Assembly: GCA_027306925.1 (NCBI GenBank)
Contig: DAHUXW010000089.1
Span: 1,773-65,772, forward strand
DNA from: Acidimicrobiaceae bacterium
GTDB lineage: Bacteria > Actinomycetota > Acidimicrobiia > Acidimicrobiales > Bog-793
Length of the DNA stretch: 64,000 nucleotides
Reading direction: 5' to 3'
Made by a program: the position numbers and the translations under genes. Position 1 is the first letter of the stretch. Every line of letters starts with the position of its first letter. The notes below the pieces were generated by a model. It did not search any database. It had not been told where the DNA came from and was given only the letters and a program-made list of their open reading frames with translations. Positions 19,859-31,725 of this stretch are shown one piece after another.

Positions 19859-20329
19859 GTGTTCTGCCACAACTGCGGTCATCGCAACCCGCCCGGGGTG
19901 AACTTCTGCTCGTCCTGCGGAGCAGCCCTCGCGCCGAGCGCGGACACGACCGTGTCGTTCGTGCCGGTGGACTCCTCGGGCGACCTCGGCGACGAGGAGC
20001 TGGGGCTCGCGGTCGGCGAGCTCTCCGAGGGCACCGGAGTCCTGCTCGTGAAGCGCGGCCCCGACGCGGGCGCGAAGTTCGTGCTCGAAGGTGATGTCAC
20101 GCGCGTCGGGCGCCATCCCGAGAGCGATATCTTCCTCGACGACATCACGGTCTCGCGGCGGCATGCGGAGTTCGTCCGCGACGGCACCGGCTACCGCGTG
20201 CTCGACGTGGGCTCGCTGAACGGCACCTATGTGAACCGCGAGCGGATCGACGACGTCCGGCTCGCGAGTGGCGACGAGGTGCAGGTCGGCAAGTTCAAGC
20301 TCGTCTTCCTCGCCGCGAACGCGAGTTGA
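19859..20329 (+). CDS. FHA domain protein (GarA/OdhI-like) with N-terminal zinc ribbon
   Basis: FCHNCGHRNPPGVNFCSSCG zinc ribbon, then a TTVSF segment, then an FHA core (RVGRHPESDIFLDDITVSRRHAEF...SLNGTYVNRERI). Confidence 0.85.
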   Translation: MFCHNCGHRNPPGVNFCSSCGAALAPSADTTVSFVPVDSSGDLGDEELGLAVGELSEGTGVLLVKRGPDAGAKFVLEGDVTRVGRHPESDIFLDDITVSRRHAEFVRDGTGYRVLDVGSLNGTYVNRERIDDVRLASGDEVQVGKFKLVFLAANAS

Positions 20330-20366
20330 CCGGCGTGCGGCGGCCGAGGCGCCACGGGGGGCGCGG

Positions 20367-21896
20367 GTGACGGAGCGGAGCTACCTGTCGATACGCGAGG
20401 TGCTCGACCTGCTCGTCGCCGAGTTCCCGGACATCACGATCTCGAAGATCCGCTTCCTCGAGAGCCGCGGGCTCATCCACCCCGAGCGCACGCCGTCTGG
20501 TTACCGCAAGTTCTACGACGACGACGTCGAGCGGCTCCGGTGGATCCTCGGCCAGCAACGCGAGAACTTCCTCCCGCTCAAGGTGATCAAGCGCCGCCTC
20601 GAAGCGTCGTCGGGCGCAGCGCTCGTCCCCGGGATCGTCGAGGCGTCGCTCTTCGAGGGGGAGGTCGAGCCGTGCCGCGAGCCGTCGACCGACGCGTCCC
20701 GGCTCGTCGGCGTCGCCGTCGGCGCGTCGCCCGCTCGTGACGCGGGAGAGCCGGCCGGACCGGCAGGCCTGCGCCTCATGCGGGCCGGCGGGGCGCCGCC
20801 GGTCGCCGAGGGGCCCGAGCGCGCTGCGCCGGACGAGCGAGACCGGCGCGTGGCGGTCGGGACCGCGGTCGCCTCGCCGGGCGAGGTGTCCGGTGGGGGC
20901 GCCGTCGCGCCCGCGTCGCCGGCGCCGCGCGCCGGCGTGCGGCCGGAGGCGGACGGGCACGGCGCGTACGCCGCCCGCCCGCACGAGCGTGCGCCCGGTG
21001 CCAGGGACGATGGCGTCGTTCCCGGGGGCCGCCCCGGCGGGCATACGGTGGGGTACGGCGGGGCAGCGGTGGTGTCCGGCTACGCGGAAGGAGTCGCGAC
21101 GGACGCGGCCGGGCACTCGGCGGGTCCGTCGGCCGCTGCAGGGGACCGTACGTCTGGCCGATCGGGTCCCGGGCGGGACCGCGCACCGGGTTCGTCACCG
21201 GCGGAAGGGGACCGCGCGGCGCGCCCGGGAACGCCTGCGAGCGGAGCGGGGCGAGCTCCGGCAGCGTCACCGCCCGGAGACGTCACGGGGCGCGTCGCTG
21301 GGGCCGCTCCCGCCACCAGCGGCTCGTCCCCTGCCGACCGTCTGTCGCGAGCGCGCGACGCGGACGCGTCGGCGGAGTCCGGGCGGGCGGCTCCCGCGGT
21401 GCGCGAACCTGCCCGCGACGACGACGCGGGCACGGGCGCGCGCGCAACCCGGACGGGTGCCGACGTCGCGACGGCCGGGGGACCCGGGTCCGCGCTCCTC
21501 GGCGCGTACGCGAGCGGCGCGAGCTTCACCGCGGACGAGCTCGCGTCCGCTGCAGGCATCGGCGCCGACGTGGTCGCGGAGCTGGAGGAGTACGGGCTCG
21601 TCGCGGGTCGCACGATCGCGGGCGTGCGCTGCTACGACGAGGAAGCGCTCGTCGTCGCGCGACTCGCCGCGGGGTTCCGCGCGTACGGGATCGAGTCGCG
21701 CCACCTCCGGGCGTTCAAGAGCGCGGCCGAGCGCCAGGCCGGCCTCTACGCCCAGGTCGTCACCCCGTATCTCCGCCAGCGGAACCCGGCCTCTCGAGAG
21801 CGCGCCCACGCGAGCCTCGCGGAGCTCGCCGGCCTCGGAGCCGCGCTGCAGTCCGCACTCGTGCGCGCGGAGCTGCGCGACTTGACCGGCGGGTGA
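20367..21896 (+). CDS. MerR family regulator (Rv1828-like) with long low-complexity insertion
   Basis: GTG at 20367. Has SIREVLDLLVAEFPDITISKIRFLESRGLIHPERTPSGYRKFYDDDVERLRWIL, about 260 aa of Ala/Gly/Pro/Arg-rich linker, and a conserved C-terminal domain (FTADELASAAGIGADVVAELEEYGLV...). Confidence 0.75.
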   Translation: MTERSYLSIREVLDLLVAEFPDITISKIRFLESRGLIHPERTPSGYRKFYDDDVERLRWILGQQRENFLPLKVIKRRLEASSGAALVPGIVEASLFEGEVEPCREPSTDASRLVGVAVGASPARDAGEPAGPAGLRLMRAGGAPPVAEGPERAAPDERDRRVAVGTAVASPGEVSGGGAVAPASPAPRAGVRPEADGHGAYAARPHERAPGARDDGVVPGGRPGGHTVGYGGAAVVSGYAEGVATDAAGHSAGPSAAAGDRTSGRSGPGRDRAPGSSPAEGDRAARPGTPASGAGRAPAASPPGDVTGRVAGAAPATSGSSPADRLSRARDADASAESGRAAPAVREPARDDDAGTGARATRTGADVATAGGPGSALLGAYASGASFTADELASAAGIGADVVAELEEYGLVAGRTIAGVRCYDEEALVVARLAAGFRAYGIESRHLRAFKSAAERQAGLYAQVVTPYLRQRNPASRERAHASLAELAGLGAALQSALVRAELRDLTGG

Positions 21897-22450
21897 CGCC
21901 CCGGCCGCTCGAGCTGCTCTCGGCGCAGGACCTCGCCGTGATCGTCGATCGGCTCGGCGCGCAGGTCTCCGCCGACCACCCCGGCGGGGTCGTGCTCGTC
22001 GGCGTGCTGAAGGGCAGCGTGTGCCTCATGGCGGATCTGCTCCGACGCGTCACGGTGCCGTGCGAGGTCGACTTTCTCGCGCTCTCCGCGTACTCGCCCG
22101 GCTCGACTCGCGTCCAGGTGCTGAAGGACCTGGACCTCGACGTCACCGGGCGTGACGTCGTGCTCGTCGAGGACGTAGTCGACACCGGGCTCTCGGCCCG
22201 CTACGTGCTCGACCTGCTCGTGCGCCACGGGGCACGCCGCACGCGTCTGTGCGCGCTGCTCGACCGGCCGGGCCGCAGGATCCTCCCGCTCCAGGTCGAC
22301 TATCTCGGCGTCGAGGCACCGGACGACTTCCTCGTCGGCTACGGGCTCGACCTCGCCGAGCGCTTCCGGAACCTGTCCGGCGTGGTCTCGATCGGTGCCG
22401 CGGGGCCCGAGGACGCGGCGCCGCTCGAGCGCCTGCTCTACACGAGCTGA
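21893..22450 (+). CDS. hpt: Hypoxanthine phosphoribosyltransferase
   Basis: GTG overlaps the upstream TGA. PRPP motif VVLVEDVVDTGLS. Also LKGSVCLMADLLR and VGYGLDLAERFRNL. Confidence 0.85.
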   Translation: MTPRPLELLSAQDLAVIVDRLGAQVSADHPGGVVLVGVLKGSVCLMADLLRRVTVPCEVDFLALSAYSPGSTRVQVLKDLDLDVTGRDVVLVEDVVDTGLSARYVLDLLVRHGARRTRLCALLDRPGRRILPLQVDYLGVEAPDDFLVGYGLDLAERFRNLSGVVSIGAAGPEDAAPLERLLYTS

Positions 22451-22556
22451 GCGTTCCGTGAGCGACGCCCGCCCGGCCTGGAGCGCCCGCGCGACCGTCC
22501 TTCGCGCGTACCCAGACGCGTGTACCGGTCATGCGCGTCGGGAGTAAGTTTCGATC

Positions 22557-23057
22557 GTGCTGGAAGTGCGACTTGCAGCGGTGAGAGTGGATCTCCAGTC
22601 GAACACACCGGTGATCCTGCTCCAGGAGAAGGACGGCGAGCGGTCGCTTCCGATCTTCATCGGCGCGCCCGAGGCCACCGCGATCGCATTCGCGATCCAG
22701 GGCGTCGCGGTTCCCCGGCCGATGACTCACGACCTCATGAAGGACCTCGTCGAGCAGCTCGGTGCGCGGGTCTCGCGCGTCGTGGTGACCGAGGTGAGGG
22801 ACAAGACGTACTTCGCCGAGATCCACCTCGACGTCGCGGGCCGCCACCTCGAGGTGTCGAGCCGGCCGTCGGACGCCGTCGCGCTCGCGGCGCGCACGGG
22901 CTCGCCGCTGTTCGTCGAGGACCAGCTGATGGACGACGCCGGAGTCCTCGTGGAGATCGGCGGCGAAGGCGAGGGCGAGGAGGCCGCGTCCGAGGAGCTG
23001 GTCGGCGAGTTCCTCCAGTTCCTCGACAACGTGCGCCCAGAAGACTTCTCGGGCTGA
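22557..23057 (+). CDS. Bifunctional nuclease family protein (DUF151/BFN)
   Basis: PVILLQEKDGERSLPIFIGAPEATAIA...RPMTHDL...YFAEIHL...SSRPSDAVALAARTGSPLFV. Confidence 0.85.
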   Translation: MLEVRLAAVRVDLQSNTPVILLQEKDGERSLPIFIGAPEATAIAFAIQGVAVPRPMTHDLMKDLVEQLGARVSRVVVTEVRDKTYFAEIHLDVAGRHLEVSSRPSDAVALAARTGSPLFVEDQLMDDAGVLVEIGGEGEGEEAASEELVGEFLQFLDNVRPEDFSG

Positions 23058-23223
23058 GCTGGCTTCCGGGTCGTGCCGCGGGGACCGATCCGTCGCAGCG
23101 ACGGGGGTTGCACCTTCGCGCGGCGGCGAGCCGCGCGCGCTCGTCGTTGACTCGGCCCCCGCCCGGCCGTAGCCTACTGACACGAGCGTAACTACGCGAA
23201 TGTGAGCGCTGAGGAGCCGGGCG

Positions 23224-23733
23224 TTGGAGCGAGTCGACCAGGAAGGGTTTCGCGGGCCACAGGTCTGCGCGATCGTCGGGATCTCCTACCGCCAGCTCGA
23301 CTACTGGGCGCGGACGGACCTGCTCCGTCCGTCCGTCGCGGACGCGCGCGGGAGCGGCACACAGCGGCTCTACTCCTACCGGGACCTGCTCGAGCTGAAG
23401 GTGATCAAGCAGCTGCTTGACGCCGGCCTGAACCTGCAGGAGGCGCGACGGGCGGTCGAGTGCCTGCGCCGTTCGGGCGACGACCTCTCGACCGCGAACC
23501 TCGTGCTCGCGGGCGGCGGGTCGGTGCTCGCGCGAAGTGGCGAGGAGATCGTCGACCTGCTCCGGGGCGGGCAGGGCGTGTTCAACATCGTGCCGCTCGC
23601 GGGTGTCGTCGGCGAGGTCGACGCCGCGATCGTCGGACTCAGGCGCGCCGCGGCGGCGAGTGACGCCCGGCCGGGCTCGGGCGCGAACCGGTCGGAGCTG
23701 GCGGGCGCCCGCGCGGCGACCGGAAGAGGCTAG
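23224..23733 (+). CDS. MerR family regulator (Rv1830-like)
   Basis: FRGPQVCAIVGISYRQLDYWARTDLLRPS...RLYSYRDLLELKVIKQLLDAG. The TTG start is taken from the ORF track and is uncertain. Confidence 0.75.
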   Translation: MERVDQEGFRGPQVCAIVGISYRQLDYWARTDLLRPSVADARGSGTQRLYSYRDLLELKVIKQLLDAGLNLQEARRAVECLRRSGDDLSTANLVLAGGGSVLARSGEEIVDLLRGGQGVFNIVPLAGVVGEVDAAIVGLRRAAAASDARPGSGANRSELAGARAATGRG

Positions 23734-24119
23734 TGGCCCGACCGGCCGGCGCCGCAGGCGGCCGTCGGGGTGAGCCCGCGCGGTTCGCGCACGAGTCCGA
23801 GGCCCGCCTCGCCGCCCTGTTCGACTTCTACGGCATCGCGTGGGAGTACGAGCCGGTCGAGTTCGTCCTCGGCTGGGACGCCGGCGGGCGTCCGGCGGCC
23901 GCGTTCCGCCCGGACTTCTACCTCCCGGACCACGCGATGTTCGTGGAGCTCACGACGTTGCGTCAGGAGCTCGTAACGAGGAAGCACGCGAAGCTCCGGC
24001 GCCTTCGCGAGCTCTATCCCGAGATCCAGGTCCGGCTCCTGCACCGGCGGGACTACGCGAACCTCCTACTGAAGGAGCGACTCGCGGTCGCCGGCGCGGC
24101 GGCCGCCCGGACCGCGTGA
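23733..24119 (+). CDS. Hypothetical protein, translationally coupled to gcvT
   Basis: 128-aa ORF. Its start overlaps the upstream stop and its stop overlaps the gcvT GTG. FRPDFYLPDHAMFVELTT has a restriction-endonuclease-like flavour, which is speculative. Confidence 0.5.
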   Translation: MARPAGAAGGRRGEPARFAHESEARLAALFDFYGIAWEYEPVEFVLGWDAGGRPAAAFRPDFYLPDHAMFVELTTLRQELVTRKHAKLRRLRELYPEIQVRLLHRRDYANLLLKERLAVAGAAAARTA

Positions 24120-25201
24120 ACTCGCGAAGGAGCCCGCTCCACGACGCGCACGTATCGCTCGGCGCCCGGCTCGTCGACTTCTCGGGCTGGGAGATGCCGC
24201 TCAGCTATCCGTCCGGGACGATCGCAGAGCACCTCGCGTGCCGCACCGGCGCAGCGGTGTTCGACGTGAGCCACCTTGGCACCGTGCGTGTCGTCGGGCC
24301 CGGCACACGCGAGCTGCTCCAGCGGACGCTTTCGAACGACCTCGACCGCATCGGACCGGGACGCGCCCAGTACACACACCTGCTCGACGAGGCCGAAGGA
24401 TCGGTCGTCGACGACATCATCGTCTGGTGGACCGGAGAGGACGCGTTCGACGTCATGCCGAACGCGTCGAACACGAGCGGCGTGCGCGCGGCCGTGGGCG
24501 GCGTCGACGTCACCGAGCAGCGAGCGGTCATCGCGGTCCAGGGCCCTGGCGCGCGGGTGGCTCTCGGTGCGGTCGCGCCCGACGCTGCCGCCGTACCCCG
24601 CTTCGCGACCCGCGAGTTCGACTTCTGCGGCGCGCGGTGCACGGCTGCCGGCACCGGCTACACGGGTGAGGACGGCGTCGAGTGCGCGGTGCCCGTCGAG
24701 ACGGCGCGAGCGCTTTGGGACGGGCTGCTCGCCGCGGGGGCGCGTCCTGCGGGCCTCGGGGCGCGTGACACGCTCCGACTCGAGGCGGGGCTCCCCCTGC
24801 ACGGTCACGAGCTCGGACCCGGCATCACGCCACTTCAGGCGGGACTTGGCTGGGTCGTCGGGTGGGAGAAGCCGGAGTTCCGCGGCCGTGATGCGGTGCT
24901 CGCAGAGCGCGCGGCCGGCGTGCGCCGGCGCTTGCGCGCTCTCGTCGGTGCGGGGCGACGCCCGCTTCGCGCCGGGGCCGTCTGCGTGATCGGAGGCGAG
25001 CCCGTCGGGGAGGTCACGAGCGGGAACTTCTCGCCGGTACTCGCGCGGGGGATCGGGCTCGCCTTCCTACCACCGGACGTCGCGGACCGGACCCTCGTGA
25101 CCGTCGAGCAGGGAGGCAGCCGGCTCGAGGCGATGGTCGTCGCACCGCCCTTCCACCGGCTCGACCTCGGCGCGGCTCCCGACGCGGGGGAGCGCGACTA
25201 G
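24116..25201 (+). CDS. gcvT: Glycine cleavage system aminomethyltransferase T
   Basis: GTG at 24116 (GTGA overlap). Has SPLHDAHVSLGARLVDFSGWEMPLSY..., FDVSHLG and GYTGEDGVE motifs. Confidence 0.9.
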   Translation: MNSRRSPLHDAHVSLGARLVDFSGWEMPLSYPSGTIAEHLACRTGAAVFDVSHLGTVRVVGPGTRELLQRTLSNDLDRIGPGRAQYTHLLDEAEGSVVDDIIVWWTGEDAFDVMPNASNTSGVRAAVGGVDVTEQRAVIAVQGPGARVALGAVAPDAAAVPRFATREFDFCGARCTAAGTGYTGEDGVECAVPVETARALWDGLLAAGARPAGLGARDTLRLEAGLPLHGHELGPGITPLQAGLGWVVGWEKPEFRGRDAVLAERAAGVRRRLRALVGAGRRPLRAGAVCVIGGEPVGEVTSGNFSPVLARGIGLAFLPPDVADRTLVTVEQGGSRLEAMVVAPPFHRLDLGAAPDAGERD

Positions 25202-27537
25202 GGCTCGGCGTCCGCGGCCGGTACGGCGTCGACGAGCGGGAGCGCGGGGGTCGGGCGCGCACGTACGATCTGGACACGCCGGCCCATAGCCGACGGCCAC
25301 CAGTTCCACCTCCCGAGCAGCGCGACTGTCGAGGGGACGAGCAGGGTCCGGACGAGGAACGTGTCCATGAGGATCCCGATCGCGAGCCCGAACCCGATGT
25401 CCCGGATCTGGCTGCCGCTCGAGCCGCCACCGCCGGCGATCGCGAGCACGCCGAAGCTCCCGGCCAGCACGAGCCCGGCGGAGGTGACCGCGGGACCGGT
25501 CTGGCCGACCGCCCGGACGACCGCCTCGCGCAGCGGTCGCGTCTGCGCCTCCTCCCGGATTCGTGTCATCACGAGGATGTTGTAGTCCTCGCCGAGCGCG
25601 AGCAGGAACAGGAACATGAGGAACGGGAGGATGAACGTGAGGCCGTCGGAGCCGCCGATGTCGATGAACACGAGGGTCGAGACGCCGAGCGCGGCGAGGT
25701 AGGAGAGCGCGACGCTGACGATGAGGTAGACGGGCGCGAGCGCGCTCCTCAGCACGAGCGCGAGCAGCAGGGCGATCGCGAGGATCGCGACCGGGACGAT
25801 GTGCGTGAGGTCGTGGTTCGACGTGCTGCTCACGTCGTAGAGGGCGGCGGCCTCGCCCGCGACGCCGCTCGCGTGCGCGCCGGAGAGCTGCGCCGCAGTC
25901 GTCACCGCGGCGCGCACTGCCGGCGTAGCGTCGAGGGCCGCGGTCGTCTGCTGCCCGCCAGCGCGAAGCGTCGCCTCGAACTGGATGGTGCGTCCGTCGG
26001 CGGAGACGTAGAGCGACGTCGACCGGTAGGCGTTGTAGTCAGCGACGCTCACGGCCGCGGGCTTCGGGTCGAGCGCGCCGAGCGCGGTCGGCGGCCCGAG
26101 CAGCGTGTGGAGCCGCGCGTACGTGGCGGGCGCGAGCGTGAGCCCGTTCGGCCGGAGCGGCCCGGACAACGTGCCGAACAGTCCGGAGGACGCGAGCGAT
26201 CGTTCGGCGGCGGCGATCACCGACGGGTCGTGCCACACGGGCCGGTCGTAGACGAATGCGAGGTTCGCGGGGTTCACGTTCGAGCCCGGGAAGTGGCGCG
26301 CGACTGCGGCGTTCCCGGCGGCGGCGTCGGACCCGGCGGGCGCGTTCAGCGCACCGCCGAATCCGCCCGAGTGGTAGCCGAAGGTCGCCGCGGCGAGGCC
26401 CGCGAAGATCGCGACGCCGATCGCGAGGGTGAGTGCCGGCTTCGCGACGAGACGTGACGCGACTCGGGCCCACGCGGTCGTGCGGGGCTCGCCGACCGAG
26501 ATGCGCGACGGCCAGAAGAGCGCGCGTCCGAAGATCGCGAGCAGCGCGGGAAGCAGCGTGAGGCCGGCGACGAGCATGACCGCGACGCCGAGCGCGAGCG
26601 GCAGACCGAGGTCCTTGTAGATCCCGAAGCTCGCGAGCAGCAGGCTGAGCAGCGCGAAGATCACCGTGCCGGCGGACGCGCTGATCGACTCGCCGACGCG
26701 TACGAGCGCGTTCTCGACCGCCTCGTGTGCGCGCCTGCCCGACCGAAGCTCCTCGCGCACACGGAAGACGAGGAACAACCCGTAGTCCGTTCCCGCGCCG
26801 AGGAGCAGGACGATGAGCAGCAACGACGTGATCTCGGAGATCTTCAGGCCGTGCGCACCGAGGCCGCCGATGAAGCGCGTCGACACCGCGAGCGCGAACG
26901 CGGCGGGGAGCAGCGTGACGAGCGGGGCGAGGAGCGAGCGGAAGATGAGCAGCAGGAGGACCACGATGAGAAGGAGCGAGAGCGACTGTGTGCGCGAGCC
27001 GGTCTTGTTCGAGCTCTGCTGGTTCGCCACGTTCGTCGCGACGCCGCCGGCGAGGTGAAGTCGGAGATCCGTGGGCGGGTGCGCTCGTGCGAAGGTCGCC
27101 TGGATCCCGTCGAGGATCGTCTTCTGGGTCGCGACGTCCGCGGGGTTCACGTGCAACGTGACGAGGATCTGGACCGCCTCCCGGTCGGGAGAGGCACCGA
27201 GCGCGCGGGCAGCCGTGACCCGCGGGACGCCCCGCACGGCCGCGACCTCGCGCGCGACGGAGGCGACGTCCGCAGGCGTCAGCGCTCCGCCGGATCGCGA
27301 CGCGACGACGACGACCTGGGTCGCGGAGCTCGAGTTGCCGAGGATCGGGTCGAGAAGGCGGGCGGCCTGCGAGCTCGGCGCGGCGGCCGGGAGGAACTGG
27401 CTGTTGTCGTTGTTCACCTCGCTCGACAGCGACGGGAGTGTCCGGGCGGAGACGACCACGAGCACGATCCAGGCCAGGACGACGACGAAACGGAATCGGA
27501 CGACGACGTGGCCGAGTCCGGCGAAGAAGCGGTTCAC
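25198..27537 (-). CDS. MMPL family (RND superfamily) transporter
   Basis: 779-aa ORF with two 6-TM bundles and the typical GTDYGLFLVFRVREEL and GEDYNILVMTRIREE motifs. Confidence 0.85.
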   Translation of the reverse strand: MNRFFAGLGHVVVRFRFVVVLAWIVLVVVSARTLPSLSSEVNNDNSQFLPAAAPSSQAARLLDPILGNSSSATQVVVVASRSGGALTPADVASVAREVAAVRGVPRVTAARALGASPDREAVQILVTLHVNPADVATQKTILDGIQATFARAHPPTDLRLHLAGGVATNVANQQSSNKTGSRTQSLSLLLIVVLLLLIFRSLLAPLVTLLPAAFALAVSTRFIGGLGAHGLKISEITSLLLIVLLLGAGTDYGLFLVFRVREELRSGRRAHEAVENALVRVGESISASAGTVIFALLSLLLASFGIYKDLGLPLALGVAVMLVAGLTLLPALLAIFGRALFWPSRISVGEPRTTAWARVASRLVAKPALTLAIGVAIFAGLAAATFGYHSGGFGGALNAPAGSDAAAGNAAVARHFPGSNVNPANLAFVYDRPVWHDPSVIAAAERSLASSGLFGTLSGPLRPNGLTLAPATYARLHTLLGPPTALGALDPKPAAVSVADYNAYRSTSLYVSADGRTIQFEATLRAGGQQTTAALDATPAVRAAVTTAAQLSGAHASGVAGEAAALYDVSSTSNHDLTHIVPVAILAIALLLALVLRSALAPVYLIVSVALSYLAALGVSTLVFIDIGGSDGLTFILPFLMFLFLLALGEDYNILVMTRIREEAQTRPLREAVVRAVGQTGPAVTSAGLVLAGSFGVLAIAGGGGSSGSQIRDIGFGLAIGILMDTFLVRTLLVPSTVALLGRWNWWPSAMGRRVQIVRARPTPALPLVDAVPAADAEP

Positions 27538-27622
27538 TCGTGGGTCTCCCTGGTCTGCTCGGAGCGGCGAATGTGGGTGCGGCGGGGACGGTCGCCGTCG
27601 CGGACGGTGCGTCGCCGCGCGT

Positions 27623-29964
<2,342 letters not shown>

Positions 29965-29978
29965 ATTGCGGCCAGTAT

Positions 29979-30004
29979 AACATTGCACTGGACACAACAT
30001 TGCA
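29979..30004. promoter_or_regulatory. Candidate TetR operator: direct repeat AACATTGCA (29979..29987 and 29996..30004)
   Basis: Locally AT-richer segment directly upstream of the tetR start. The 9-mer is repeated at 17-bp spacing, and a third ATTGC lies at 29966. Confidence 0.25.
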
Positions 30005-30205
30005 TCGACCGCAGCGACCTGTGTCAGTGCCCGAGATGCGGGCGTGCGGGACGCAGCGGGCGCGCACGGCGGCGCAGGACCCGACGAGAAGGGCGGTCTC
30101 ACGAGACGCCCGGGCGGGTGCGTGCAGCGAGCGTCGTGGCGCGCGAGCCGGGAACGGGAATCCGGGGGAGCGAGAGGCGGCCGGTGCCGCGCGAGCGCGC
30201 TCCGG

Positions 30206-31078
30206 TCAGGCGGGACGGGCAGCCGCGGTCGCGCCCTGGGGACGGCGCTCCTCGTCGGTCACGAGCAGACGCCGCAGCGTCTGGATCGCGGTCGCCTCGA
30301 TCTGGCAGACGCGCGAGTTGCTCACGCCGAGCATCGATCCGATCTGCTCCTGGGTGAGACCGCCGAGGAAGTGGAGCGTGACCACGGTCCGCTGCCGCTC
30401 GGGAAGGCGGGTCACAGCTTTTCGAATCTCCTCGAACTGCTCGCTGCGAAGCACGTGGGGCTCGGGCTCCACCTCGCGGTCCGACACGATGAGGTCGATG
30501 AGCCGGAGGTCCTCTCCGGCCGACGTGCTCCCGACGCTGTGCTGGAGGTGTAACAGCTGCGAAGACTGGACGGCGCTCAGCACGTCCTCGCCGTTCGCCC
30601 CGTCGGTCCCCATCTCGGAGAGCACCTCGCTCGTCTCGGGCACCCGGCCGAGCTCGCTCGAGAGCGCGTCCACCGTCGCGCGGTAGGTGATCACTCGCCG
30701 CCGCACGGTGCGAGGCAGCCAGTCGAGCCTGCGGAGCTCGTCGAAGATCGAGCCGCGGATGCGCTTCGTCGCGTAGCTCGGGAACCGGCTCGCGGGTGAG
30801 TCGTCGGCCCAGCGGTCGATCGCCTCGACGAGACCGAGAAGGCCGAAGCTGCGGAGGTCGTCCACCTCCCAGTACGTGCGGACGTTCGCGGGGAGCCGCG
30901 ACACGACGAGCTTGACGAGGGGCTCGTACGCGAGGATCAGGTCGTTGCGCGACTCGCGGTCCCGACGGGCCCAGTGCGTCGCCCACAGCGCGTCGTGCGT
31001 GTCCGGCTCCTCGGCGTGCGCCACCCGGATGCGCCGGGTTTCGGGCACGCTCTCATCGAGCACTGTCTGGGCGGTCAT
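30206..31078 (-). CDS. fliA: FliA/WhiG family RNA polymerase sigma factor (sigma-28 type), copy 1
   Basis: ATG at 31078 (ORF open to 31099). Region 2 is YEPLVKLVVSRL...FPSYATKRIRGSIFDELRRLDWLPRTVRRR. Region 4 is LTQEQIGSMLGVSNSRVCQIEATAIQTLRR. Confidence 0.8.
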   Translation of the reverse strand: MTAQTVLDESVPETRRIRVAHAEEPDTHDALWATHWARRDRESRNDLILAYEPLVKLVVSRLPANVRTYWEVDDLRSFGLLGLVEAIDRWADDSPASRFPSYATKRIRGSIFDELRRLDWLPRTVRRRVITYRATVDALSSELGRVPETSEVLSEMGTDGANGEDVLSAVQSSQLLHLQHSVGSTSAGEDLRLIDLIVSDREVEPEPHVLRSEQFEEIRKAVTRLPERQRTVVTLHFLGGLTQEQIGSMLGVSNSRVCQIEATAIQTLRRLLVTDEERRPQGATAAARPA

Positions 31079-31725
31079 CGCGTCGCTCCTTGGCCACACG
31101 GGACGAAACGGGTTGAGGCGCGCGGCGCTCGGGCCGCCGGGCGGTGCGCGGGGGCGACCGCGATGCGCGACCGCGACCCAGGTGAACGTCGTGCACTCTC
31201 CACCGCGGCACCTCCGGTCGCCTCGATCGTCGCGAGCAGCATCTGCCCCGCCACCGGGCGTCTGGAGCCCTGATAAGCCCGAGCACGCAACGTGGCGGTT
31301 GCGTCACGGTACACGTACGTGCGAAGGCGGGCAATAGGGAATAGTCGTGAGCTCATGTGGTGCATCTGGCTCAGTGTGAACGGACGGCGCCGGGATGCGG
31401 CGGATCCGCACACCGAGTGCGACTCGCGATGTTCAACTTCTCCGCCGGCCGTGCCGTAGTTATAGTGCGCGGGCCGGGAGGACCAGGTCACGCTCGGTGA
31501 CAGGTGGCCGAAGCTTCGCATGCATTGAGACGTGCGGTGCCGCGCCAATGGAGATCGCTCCCGTCCGTGGACCCCGTGCCCTCTCCGTAGTCTTGTCGGC
31601 ACCGTTGCACGAATTCTTTAGCGCGCGGAACCCCGAATGTCAGCGGCCGGGTCGCGACCGCGCGCCCGGGGGCACCGGGCGCGACGCTCAAATGGGTCCG
31701 CAGCTCGATCGTTGGTACCAGGGAC

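Noticed and set aside
31075-31602. 175-aa minus-strand ORF spanning the long fliA-GT4 intergenic region.
   Set aside because: The composition is Arg/Ser-rich with low third-position G/C. It has no motif and overlaps the fliA start, so it is most likely non-coding.
31432-31715. TTCAAC-N15-GCCGTAGT (31432) and CTCAAA-N15-ATCGTTGG (31687) upstream of the GT4 gene.
   Set aside because: Each -10 element matches half or fewer of the family consensus positions, so these could be chance hits.
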